DNA of 16,205 bases from Octopus sinensis (GCF_006345805.1 NW_021825251.1:1-16205), one strand, 5' to 3'. Shown: positions 1 through 8,535, counted from the first letter of the stretch. Notes: generated by a model not told the origin, from the sequence alone. Made by a program: numbers and translations.

Positions 1-75
1 CAGTGAGAGGGAGGGACAGAGAAAGAGAAAAAAACATGTGAGCTACGTAGTTGGGCTATGTTATTTCTTTTGGAC

Positions 76-447
76 TTTTTTTTTATCGAGGCATCATTCG
101 GTCAGGCTGATTGCCCAGGCCAGCCTGACTACCTCTCTCCATCTCTCCTGATCTTCCATGAGTATTTTTAGGTCTTCAACTTGGCATCCAACATCTTCTG
201 CAAGCTGTTGTTCATACGTCGTCTATGGTCTTCCAGCCGTTGTGGTTCCATGATTTGGTGTCCACAGCAACACATTACTCACAAGTTCTTCTTTACTTCT
301 CCAGCAGTGGCCAGCCAATCTCAATCTGCGCTCTTGAATAGTTGATAAGAAAGTTAGTACATTCCCATATAACTGTTGTTTTGTTGGGTGCTCCCTCCAA
401 GAGACGTTGACTACTGCATGTAACATTCTGGTGTAGGTACCGTCCAC
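76..447 (-). mobile_element. 5'-truncated RTE-clade non-LTR retrotransposon, 3' end (pseudogenised C-terminus of the RT ORF)
   Basis: Minus frame reads DGTYTRMLHAVVNVSWREHPTKQQLYGNVLTFLSTIQERRLRLAGHCWRSKEELVSNVLLWTPNHGTTTAGRP*, then continues in the same frame TTYEQQLAEDVGCQVEDLKILMEDQERWREVVRLAWAISLTE* (stop at 96-94). RRLRLAGH...R and GRP...TY...L..D...M.D...WR match the RTE post-RT C-terminal pattern. A9 tail at 84-76. Family assignment is by motif recognition. Confidence 0.85.
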
Positions 448-739
448 TATTCACTAGAGAACTGCTTCTCAACTAGTTTTTGCCTATGGGTCCTTTTGAT
501 TCCTCTTTTACTGTACAGGACCACCATACCCATTTGGTAATTAAATTTTTTTTAAATGTTATTATATTTAATTAAATATTAGTAGGGATTGTATTTTTTA
601 AATGTTCAAATGTTTTGGACATTGTATAATTATAACCAAATTATTGCTCATTAACTTTAACAATAGAATCTTACAACTGACCCCAAAAAATCATATGGAC
701 TCCCGAGTGTCATACAGACCCCCGAAGATCATATGAAAA

Positions 740-825
740 AATCGGTAGAGAGTTGGACAAAATACTGAACGAATTTTTTCTGGTTCTTCACATATAGTTT
801 TCAAATCCTGCCGAGATCAAGTTTG
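740..825 (+). mobile_element. Degenerate fragment of tRNA-headed SINE family B
   Basis: Aligns to 2339-2425 at roughly three-quarters identity by eye (AATCGGTAGAG...TTCTGGTTCTTC...TGCCGAGRTCAAGTT) and more weakly to 3477-3560. Confidence 0.65.
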
Positions 826-856
826 TTAGGAATTGTTTAAAAAAAGTTTACCTATA

Positions 857-1304
857 GGCGCAGGCGTGGCGATGGGTTAAGAAGCTTGCTTCCCAAACAC
901 ATGGTTCCGGGTTCATTCTCACTGCGTGGCACCTTGTGCAAGTGTTTTTTCTATAGTCTCAGGCTGACCAAAGCCTTGTGAGTGGGTTTAGCAGACGGAA
1001 ACTGAAAGAAGCCTGTCGTACACACACACACACACACACACACACTAATATATATATATATGTATGTATGTATGTATGTATATATACATATTTGAGAGTC
1101 TGTGTTTGTCCCTCCCACCATCACTTGACAGCAGATATTGGTGTGCTTGCTACCCCATAACGTAGCGGTTCGGCAAGAGTGACCGATAGAATAAGTAGTA
1201 GGCTTACGAAGAATAAGTCCTGGGTTCAATTTGTTCGACTAAAAGAGGTGCTCCAACATGGTCGCAGTCAAAATGACTGAAACAGATAAAAGAATAAAAG
1301 AGTA
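857..1304 (+). mobile_element. Full-length SINE-A (tRNA-derived head, CORE-like segment, internal microsatellite, LINE-derived tail)
   Basis: Head GGCGCAGGCGTGGCGATGGGTTAAG (A-box-like), GGTTCATTC at 910-918 (B-box-like), CACCTTGTGCAAGTGT CORE-like segment, (CA)n(TA)n(TATG)n at 1018-1090, tail ending CAGTCAAAATGACTGAAAC plus an (AAAAGART)n-like repeat. Several homologous copies occur in the window. Flanked by a 25-bp direct repeat (826-850 and 1305-1329, 23/25 identical). Confidence 0.93.
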
Positions 1305-1793
1305 TTAGGAATTGTATAAAAAAAGGTTAATTTTTTTTATACATCGTAAAAGTATTTTACCTAAACTTTAACAACAATATTTTATGTGGACCCCACAAAG
1401 GTCATACAGGCTCTCAAGTGGCAAATGGAGCCCCAAGGGCCATATGAAACCAGGTTGAGAGCCGCTGATTTAGGGGAAAGGATTAGTAAACATTGTATAT
1501 TGAGTTACGTAACGATCTCTAAGGTACCCTGTAGAGTTTCTATGTTTGAGATTTGGGTTGTTGGAGGCTAATCTTCAAGACATCTCGTAGTGCAGAGCCC
1601 ATATATCTACGATTTCGTAAGTCACGAAGTAGAAAAAAAAAATTTCTTGCTCACCTACTTTTCTTTTTGAAAACCAAAAAAACCCCAGAAAAATAACATC
1701 ATTAACAACACTAATACACTTGAGCATCGTCTGCTGAGTATATCGGATCTCTCTTCTGATCAACCGTCTCTGTCTTCTTGTCTTGATAACGAA

Positions 1794-1856
1794 ACGACGA
1801 TGATGACGACGACGGCGACGACGCCCACAAAAATGACAAGGAAGATGATGACGGAA
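1794..1856. repeat. Degenerate (GAC/GAT)n trinucleotide tract
   Basis: GACGATGATGACGACGACGGCGACGACG...GATGATGACGG seen directly. Confidence 0.8.
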
Positions 1857-2334
1857 TTAATGGCGATGTTAGCTGTTAATACAGTTACTGCCGGGCTAGA
1901 CATACTGGCGACATTTTGTTTTCAGATATGAAATATCAAAAACGATATCTTTATAGTAAAATTCGTAAAATTTGCCTTATCTTTGACATGAATAAAACAT
2001 CAGTCCACCTTTTGGCAAAGTTCTCATCTCTCTTCTCTTACCAATGATCTCTTGTTCCGAAGAACTTGGCAACAATAAAGTTTCTTGCACTTGGCAACAG
2101 AAGAAAGCGTTCGGCCACGTATAAGTCGACACGCTTGCAGCGACGTCCTTATCTCTGTTCTTTTATCGACGCTCTCTCAACCAATTTCTCAGAACTTGGC
2201 GTAAGGAAGTTTTCTGAAACTATACTTTGGTAAAAGATTTGAACGAACATAAACTGAGAATCTTATGGGAAAGCGTTCTTTCGATTTTTTTTCCCACTTG
2301 AGATGGAAGTTCATTGAATCCAAGGAAAGCAATT

Positions 2335-2464
2335 GAAGAATCGGTAGAGGGTTGAATGAAAAAATGAGCGGCATTTATTCTGGTTCTTCGCATGCAGAAT
2401 TCGAATCTTGCCGAGGTCAAGTTGGCCTTTCCCCTCTTCGAGGTCACTAAAATGAAGTAACAGC
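2335..2464 (+). mobile_element. SINE family B, 5' part, interrupted by a LINE fragment
   Basis: Similar to 740-825 and 3463-3620. B-box-like ATTCGAATC at about 2399-2407, followed by GCCGAGGTCAAGTTGGCCTTT...TTCGAGGTCACTAAAATGAAGTAACAG. Confidence 0.7.
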
Positions 2465-3045
2465 CTAACAGCGGAACTTCAGGCATTAAAGCTGAGCAGC
2501 ACAAAGAGGAACATCTCAATACAATGTGTCATCTACTACGAAATACTGAAAAATCTAAAACTCTATTTCTTAGAACGTAAGAGGAAAGAATTGCAGTGAT
2601 ATGCATATGGAAAGTCCTAGAAAGACTTCAATCAAACTTTGGGATTGAAAGTTATTTGAACAGCAGAACAGAGTGCCCCTGCATAGTACCAAAGATCCCA
2701 GCATCGCCATCAAGATACAGGACCAGATTCTGCTACATTTTGGGGTTCAAGGGCCCACATCTTTTCAATATACTCTTAAAAAACCTGAGAGACCTGCATG
2801 GAGTGGATGTAGATAAATTCAAAACAAAATTCAAAACAAAACTTTCCCTCCTCCTGTCGATAATTCCGGATAAGCATACCTCACATCAGGAAAATGTAGA
2901 TGAGAGCAACAACATCAAATTCCCTCATTCACCAAATGCCACATATGGGCCAGAGGTTTCAAATAGTGAAGGTGTAGCAAAGCTAACGACTGTGCCACAG
3001 CATAACCGCAGCTCTGGTTCTGGAACTAGTTAAAGAGTTAAAGAG
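2465..3045 (+). mobile_element. 5'-truncated CR1/L2-group LINE, 3' end (decayed ORF2 C-terminus plus 3' tail)
   Basis: The frame from 2465 reads LTAELQALKLSSTKRNISIQCVIYYEILKNLKLYFLERKRK. After a frameshift near 2590 it continues VICIWKVLERLQSNFGIESY...SRYRTRFCYILGFKGPHLFNILLKNLRDLHGVDVDKFKTK...LSIIPD. The L.LY.LE.RR...I..WK.L and GP.LFN.L...LR......FK..L...L..IPD motifs are typical of CR1/L2-group ORF2 ends. In-frame 12-bp tandem duplication AAATTCAAAACA at 2815-2838. Ends in (TTAAAGAG)x2 at 3030-3045. Confidence 0.88.
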
Positions 3046-3135
3046 ATCAATGAAATAAAATTCGAATCCAGTTGTGGAGTCGATAGTAACGAAAAACATT
3101 CTCCTCTCAAAATTGTTAACTTTGTACATAAATGG
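3046..3135 (+). mobile_element. Probable 3' part of SINE family B, resuming after the LINE
   Basis: CCAGTTGTGGAGTCGAT...CCTCTCAAAATTG...TTTGTAC...AAACC resembles the 3' half of family B as I recall it. Its start overlaps the end of 2335-2464 in sequence. Highly decayed. Confidence 0.45.
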
Positions 3136-3278
3136 CAAACCAGCTCCCTTAATATCATTTTCGCAAATGTGTCTGTATGTAGAACCCTAAGCGCTAATGT
3201 CTATAATGGAATATGCCTTTCGTCATAAATTCCTCATTTAGAACGCATCTCTTTGCTTAGTTCTCCAAATACATAGAC

Positions 3279-3435
3279 CAGGTTGGGGCTTACCTAGGCC
3301 ACAAAATATTAGATTTTAAAATGTACCTTTACGTAGTATTTTAAACGTTATAACCTTTAATGGACGTTTGGGTACTTTTATAAATACTTATATTTAGAAC
3401 GTACCATTTGTTTACTAGCCCTTCAAGCACCACTG
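3279..3435. mobile_element. Possible small decayed hAT-type MITE
   Basis: Starts CAGGTTGGGGCTT after ACATAGAC (3271-3278) and ends AAGCACCACTG before TCTAGATT (3436-3443). Both flanks resemble the NTCTAGAN target. The TIR match needs a 2-nt gap. Confidence 0.3.
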
Positions 3436-3462
3436 TCTAGATTAATATTTAACTCTGTTGAA

Positions 3463-3620
3463 GTGATGAGCAGTTAGAATCGTCAGGATGCCAGGCAAAA
3501 TTCTTAGCAGCGTTTCCTTCGTCTTTCCGTTCTGCGTTCAAATTTCGCCGAAGTCAACTTTGCTCTTAATAATTTCGGAGTTGTTAAAGTAAGTACCCAG
3601 CTCAATTTGGGCATTGATCA
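3463..3620 (+). mobile_element. Degenerate SINE family B copy
   Basis: AGAATCGTCAGGATGCCAGGCAAAATTCTTAGCAGC head, B-box-like GTTCAAATTTC at 3536-3546, then GCCGAAGTCAACTTTGC...AAGTACCCAG, matching the other B fragments. Confidence 0.75.
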
Positions 3621-3825
3621 TATAGTTTGTTGTACAAAGCTCGTCTACGTGTATCGAAAAAAAACGACCGTATTACTGTAATATTGCATGTTATTTCCAG
3701 ATGTATCTTCATTTATACGATTAGTTTTTAGCGTAAAATTGCGTTTGCTCAATCTGTTTTCACATACACACACATACACACACACATACGCACACACACG
3801 CACATGTTCACGTGCATATTTATAT

Positions 3826-4086
3826 CTGTGTGTGTTTTTTCTTTGTCCCTCACCCATCACTTGACAACTGGCGTTGGTTTGTTTACGTCCTCGTAAGTTA
3901 ATGGTATGTCAACAGAATCCTACCTACATGATAAGTACCAGACTTAAAACGAAAAACCAAAAAAAAAAAAAGAATCAGTGTCGATGTATTCCGCTAAATA
4001 CCAGGAAGGTGGTACTCCAGCATGACCGCCAGCCACTAACCGAGACCAATAAACTGCAAAAAGATAAACGGCAAAAGATAAAATAA
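3826..4086 (+). mobile_element. Headless 3' half of a SINE-A-related element
   Basis: TTTGTCCCTCACCCATCACTTGACAAC...GTTTACGTCCTCGTAAGTTA...ATAAGTACCAG...GGTGGTACTCCAGCATGACCGC aligns to 1100-1300. It begins right after a (CA)n tract at about 3765-3800 and ends in AAAAGATAAA repeats. Confidence 0.85.
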
Positions 4087-4384
4087 TATTTTAACAGATA
4101 TTTATTGCATATTTCCTATCATACAGTCCGAACGAAACAACAGATTTCAAATTCAGAATTGCTTTTTCGGACCGTTAAGTTGGTATTTTTGAAGGTGAAG
4201 CGTACGTATCGTTAACTCTAAAACACCTTTATTATTATTTATTAGCTCTCTGCATTTCAACGAAGAAGTCTTGAATTCTTAATACGATTCTGTCACAAAC
4301 TTCACCAAAATATTTAACAATTCCTTGTTATTCTTGTTTATGTCTCAACGGAAGATATTCTACATCAATGGCAACCATTGAATA

Positions 4385-4590
4385 TATATGCATACATATA
4401 TATATATGTGAGCATACATACACACACATACATGCATACATACACACACATACATAAACACACACACGCACATATATAGATGTAAATATATATATTTATC
4501 TGTATATACATATATACGTATATGTGTGTGTGTGTGTGTATAAATACATGCATATACACATATATATATATATATATATCTGTATTATAT

Positions 4591-4640
<50 letters not shown>

Positions 4641-4642
4641 TA

Positions 4643-4689
<47 letters not shown>

Positions 4690-4800
4690 GTATCTACATT
4701 CACAGTCGTTGCTATGTATGTATATATCTATAGATACACACATATGTATATAGATTGAAATCCAGTTGCTGATATATATATATATATATATATATATAAC
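4385..4800. repeat. Compound (CA)n/(TG)n/(TA)n microsatellite field
   Basis: Seen directly; long (TA)n runs at 4557-4690 and 4772-4797. Confidence 0.97.
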
Positions 4801-5079
4801 AATTTAGGAGTGACCCTAACAGGTCATCGTCCACCAGAAAGAGCAGCCAGAACTCACACCGCCAAGTAGTAGTAATTCAGAAATTAGGTGAAATTTTAAA
4901 AACATTTACCCTAATTCATCTTTAGACGTTGCAACGTTCTGTGTCATTAATGATTAAATTAGCTAATTAAATTAAATTAAGCTAATCTACCATAGGTTAC
5001 ACTTCATCAGTAAAAACCTGGGAGAGACAAATATACACGAGGCGTCTGTATCGATGCCTACGGAATATCTGTCTTAAAA

Positions 5080-5480
5080 ATATATATATATATATATATT
5101 ATATTATATATATATATATACAAATGCCAAATATAAAATACATAAATAGTATATATATATATATATATATATATCTGTCTGTAGTTCTGCATGATGTGTT
5201 TGGTTCAGTAAATTGCGTTTGATCGATTTTGTGTATGGCCATCTGCATCTTTCTATAGGCTTGTGATGTGTACATCCTCGTGTATTTCTGAATGTTTTAT
5301 CATGTGTGTGCATGCGTGTGTGTGTGTATGTGTATTTCGCTGTGTTAGCGTGTCTCTGGATGAGTAGGAATGTGTTTTATTGGGAATTTCAATGCAATTC
5401 TTCTCTCTGAGTATTTTTCAGTGTTCCAGATGTGTATGTGTGTGTGTTTGTGTGTGCGTGCGTGTGTCTGTCTGTGTGTT

Positions 5481-5516
<36 letters not shown>
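5080..5516. repeat. (TA)n and (TG)n microsatellite tracts
   Basis: (TA)n at 5080-5173; (TG)n-rich at 5303-5335 and 5430-5516. Confidence 0.93.
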
Positions 5517-5517
<1 letters not shown>

Positions 5518-5580
5518 AATTTGGCTCTGTATGTCTTCTGATGCATGTATCATGTGAGTGCTTCTGTACAAATATTGTCT

Positions 5581-5689
5581 AGGTCGCTATGTGATAAGAA
5601 ACTTGCTTCGAACCCACATAGTTCCGGGTTCTACCCCTGATCAAAGCCTTGTGAAAGAATTTCTCAGAAGGAAACTTGAAGAATCCCGT

Positions 5690-5691
<2 letters not shown>
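5581..5691 (+). mobile_element. SINE-A 5' half with the CORE-like segment deleted
   Basis: AGGTCGCTATGTGATAAGAAACTTGCTTCGAACCCACATAGTTCCGGGTTC matches the head. It then jumps to TGATCAAAGCCTTGTGA...GGAAACTTGAAGAATCCCGTC, skipping about 45 nt present in copy 857-1304, and runs into (TA)n. Confidence 0.85.
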
Positions 5692-5748
<57 letters not shown>

Positions 5749-5827
5749 ATATATTATTATATACATACATATATATATGTGTATGTGTGTGTGTGTATGT
5801 ATATGTATATGTATGTATATATATATA
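5692..5827. repeat. (TA)n/(TG)n/(TATG)n tract between two convergent SINE-A copies
   Basis: Seen directly. Confidence 0.95.
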
Positions 5828-6249
5828 CTTTTACTTTTTTACTTTTACTTGTTTCAGTCATTGACTGCGGCCATGCTGGAGCACCGCCTTTAGTCGAGCA
5901 AATCGACCCCGGCACCTATTCTTTGTAAGACCAGTACTTATTATATCGGTCTCTTTTTGCCGAACCGCTAAGTGAGGGGACGTAAACACACAAGCATCGG
6001 TTGTCAAGCAATGCTAGGGGGACAAAACACAGCCACACAAACACACACACACACACACACAAATACAATACATATATATATACATAAATACGACAGGCTT
6101 CTTTCAGTTTCCGTCTACCAAATCCACTCACAAGGCTTTGGTCGGCCCGAGGCTATAGTAGAAGACATTTGCCCAAGATGCCACGCAGTGGAACTGAACC
6201 CGGAACCATGTAGTTCATAAGCAAGCTACTTACCACACAGCCACTCCTG
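5828..6249 (-). mobile_element. Near full-length SINE-A
   Basis: Reverse complement reads CAGGAGTGGCTGTGTGGTAAGTAGCTTGC...GGTTCAGTTCCACTGCGTGGCATCTTGGGCAAATGTC...GGAAACTGAAAGAAGCC, then the internal (TA)(TG) tract, then GGCGGTGCTCCAGCATGGCCGCAGTCAATGACTGAAACAAGTAAAAG. Confidence 0.95.
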
Positions 6250-6250
6250 T

Positions 6251-6553
6251 AAGAAAAATTAAAATGGAAACGAGCGCTCAAGGTGTTATTAAATCATTTA
6301 TATTTTCATATCATCGACACACGTTTCGGTGGATGTATTCAAAATTCATCTGAAAGAATGAATAATGTTGAGCAATGATTCAATCTTATCAGGGAGGATA
6401 TAAACAACAGTGCTTATCAAATAGACATTTTAACAAATGCAAGAAACTGCAATATATGTGACTCAGTATATATATATATATATATGTATAGCCACACACA
6501 CGCGCACACACGCAGACACACACAGACACACACACATACGCATATATGTATAC

Positions 6554-6598
<45 letters not shown>

Positions 6599-6620
6599 CA
6601 TACACACATATATACATTTT
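6251..6620 (+). repeat. Left arm of a long inverted repeat (unique segment plus microsatellite)
   Basis: 6251-6400 versus the reverse complement of 7349-7499: 126/151 aligned columns identical by my hand count. Similarity continues to about 6465 after a 21-nt indel and on into the microsatellite. Confidence 0.9.
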
Positions 6621-6861
6621 GTCAAATACAGGAGGAACAGGAAAAGGTAAATTTATAGTTGATGGGAAGAAAAGATGAAGGAGGAATAAGGGTTATATGA
6701 AGTAAGAATAAAGAATGAAGATACGTTGCAGAAATTATTATAAGATGAGCGGTTGATACTATTAAAATGAAAAGCTAACGAGTGTTTTTGCAATGTGAAC
6801 ACCTGTAAACTCGTTCATTAAAAGTGAACACAATTATCGATTCACTTTTGCCTGTTCCTCT

Positions 6862-6935
6862 CTCCCTCTTTTAACTTTATTTTCTCGTTCCCCCTCCCTC
6901 TTTTAATTTTATTTTCTCGTTTCTCCACCCTCTTT
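6862..6935 (+). repeat. 32-bp-period pyrimidine-rich tandem duplication (about 2.3 copies)
   Basis: CTCCCTCTTTTAAYTTTATTTTCTCGTT at 6862-6889 and 6894-6921 (27/28 identical), with a partial third copy CCCTCTTT. Confidence 0.9.
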
Positions 6936-7149
6936 CTGTGCAAATTCTCTCCTTCATTCGCTCTATGGCGTCTATTTCTTGAATGGCATTTTCAAATTTA
7001 TAGCGTTCCCCTCAAAAATTCGCCTTCCATATATGCATATGTGTGTATAATTGTAGTTGTTCCAGTATGCAGGTATGTTCATGTATGTGTACATGTGCGC
7101 ATGGTCTGGTGAGTGTATGCGTATGTGCGTTTATGTAAGTAAGTACGTG

Positions 7150-7243
7150 TGTGTACACGTCTATACGCGTATGCGTTTATATATGTGTATGTGTAAATAT
7201 ATATATATATGTATATATGTATATACATATATATATATATATA

Positions 7244-7290
<47 letters not shown>

Positions 7291-7499
7291 CTGTGTACAT
7301 ATATATGCGTCCCATATATTGAGCTTCTTATATCTGTAAAAATGTCTATATCCTCCCTGATAAGATTGATGCATAGCGCAACATTATTCATCCTGTCGGA
7401 TGTGTTTTGAATTCATCCATCAAAACATATCTCGATGATATGAAGATATAAATGATTTAATAGCATCCTGAGCATTTGTCTCCATTTTCAATTTTTCCT
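7150..7499 (-). repeat. Right arm of the long inverted repeat
   Basis: Reverse complement of 7301-7499 aligns to 6251-6470. The (TG)n/(TA)n block at 7150-7300 mirrors the (CA)n/(TA)n block at 6465-6615. Confidence 0.9.
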
Positions 7500-7677
7500 C
7501 TGTTCTCCTAAATACGTCCCGCTTCTCCCCGGAATTATCTCCCACACAAGTATGATCATTGATTCCTGGGATATTTAACATGTGGCTACCTTGTAATCAT
7601 TCCCCTGGATCTTTCCTATAAATTAAACACTCACGTACACACACACACACACAGACATATATAAATATACATATATA

Positions 7678-8535
7678 CAGGTTGCTACGGGTAAATTGTC
7701 GCCATTTTATATTTGCTATTTCGTGCATGCGCACTGTTCGCTTTTGATTTTGTCGACTACACAGTATAGTAGGGTCAGTTGGCCACCGTCTATGACAATA
7801 AAAAGCCCATTTCACACTGCCGAAAATTTATAAACGACATGCTGTACCGCTTGGCATTCACGCCGGAACCTGCAACAAAAACATTTCAGAGTGTTTGGGT
7901 GTCAATCTGAGGACAGTACATGTAACGAGTGTGATGAAAATCAAACATCCAGTGAACATCATGGTGTTTGGAGCGATCACTAATGATGGCGTCGTTATGT
8001 CTCCATTTATCTTTCCACAAAATCTCAGACTGAACACAGAACCTGCATCAAGTGCCTGGAGGAGGTAGTGCTGCTCTGGGTCAAGAGAGTGGCTGCTGGA
8101 AGAATCTATGTCTGGAAACAGGACTCTGTACCATACCACACAAGCAGGAGAATCCAATGATGCCTGTGAGATATTTTCTGCGACCACATCACCCCTAACA
8201 TCTGGTTACCTAACTCGGCAATCTGTAACCCCTTGATTATTATGTGTGGGGCGTAGTTGAGCGAGAGACCACCAAGTCTCTTTGTAACACCAAAGATGAA
8301 CCGAAGGCAAGAATTATGACAGAATTCAACAGCTTAAACAAGGAGACTGTCCAAAAGAGATGTAGAAGATTCCGAGGTCGTCTGGAGGCCGTGGCGATTT
8401 TATTGAATAAATTTACTTTTAGTATTTCAAGATACTTTAAAGTAATTTTGGGAAATACATCTGTTAAAATAAGATGTCGGAATAATTCTTCATTTCTGCT
8501 TAATTTAGACGACAGTTTATTCACCGCACACTCTG
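7678..8535 (+). mobile_element. Internally deleted Tc1/mariner transposon, DD37D (maT) type; transposase pseudogene
   Basis: Preceded by TA (7676-7677). Imperfect TIRs CAGGTTGCTACGGGTAAATTGTCGCC (7678-7703) and GACGACAGTTTATTCACCGCACACTCTG (8508-8535). The N-terminal piece FTLPKIYKRHAVPLGIHAG...ISECLGVNLRTVH (7811-7921) is joined to VMKIKHPVNIMVFGAITNDG...(frameshift about 8041)...WKQDSVPYHTS...W.PNS...NPLDYYVWGVVER...LEAV. There are 37 residues between the QD aspartate and the PLD aspartate after correcting a 1-nt deletion at 8229-8232. Two in-frame stops lie at about 8158-8169. Confidence 0.92.

Larger units (their letters stand above)
460..1467. mobile_element. Non-autonomous hAT (Charlie-like) MITE carrying nested SINE insertions
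   Basis: Right end CAGGTTGAGAGCCGCTG (1451-1467) reads CAGCGGCTCTCAACCTG on the minus strand, a typical hAT TIR. Left end AACTGCTTCTCAACTAG (460-476) matches it at 10/17, including the TCTCAAC core. The 8-bp flanks CACTAGAG (452-459) and ATTTAGGG (1468-1475) both resemble the Charlie-type NTCTAGAN target. GGACCCC-like subterminal motifs recur near 518, 677, 697, 716, 1388 and 1426. Confidence 0.55.

Noticed and set aside
1504-1513. Perfect PAR-bZIP-type palindrome GTTACGTAAC
   Set aside because: About one such match is expected by chance in 16 kb of AT-rich DNA, and there is no supporting context.
1468-1600. Continuation of the RTE ORF beyond the hAT MITE
   Set aside because: The minus-strand frames I translated there show no RTE-like motifs, so the RTE appears simply 5'-truncated near 450.
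7500-7600. Minus-strand peptide ...PGRSGTYLGEQ... resembling a GIY-YIG YIGE motif next to the inverted-repeat arm
   Set aside because: Only a 4-residue resemblance, no upstream GIY-like motif, and stops in frame.
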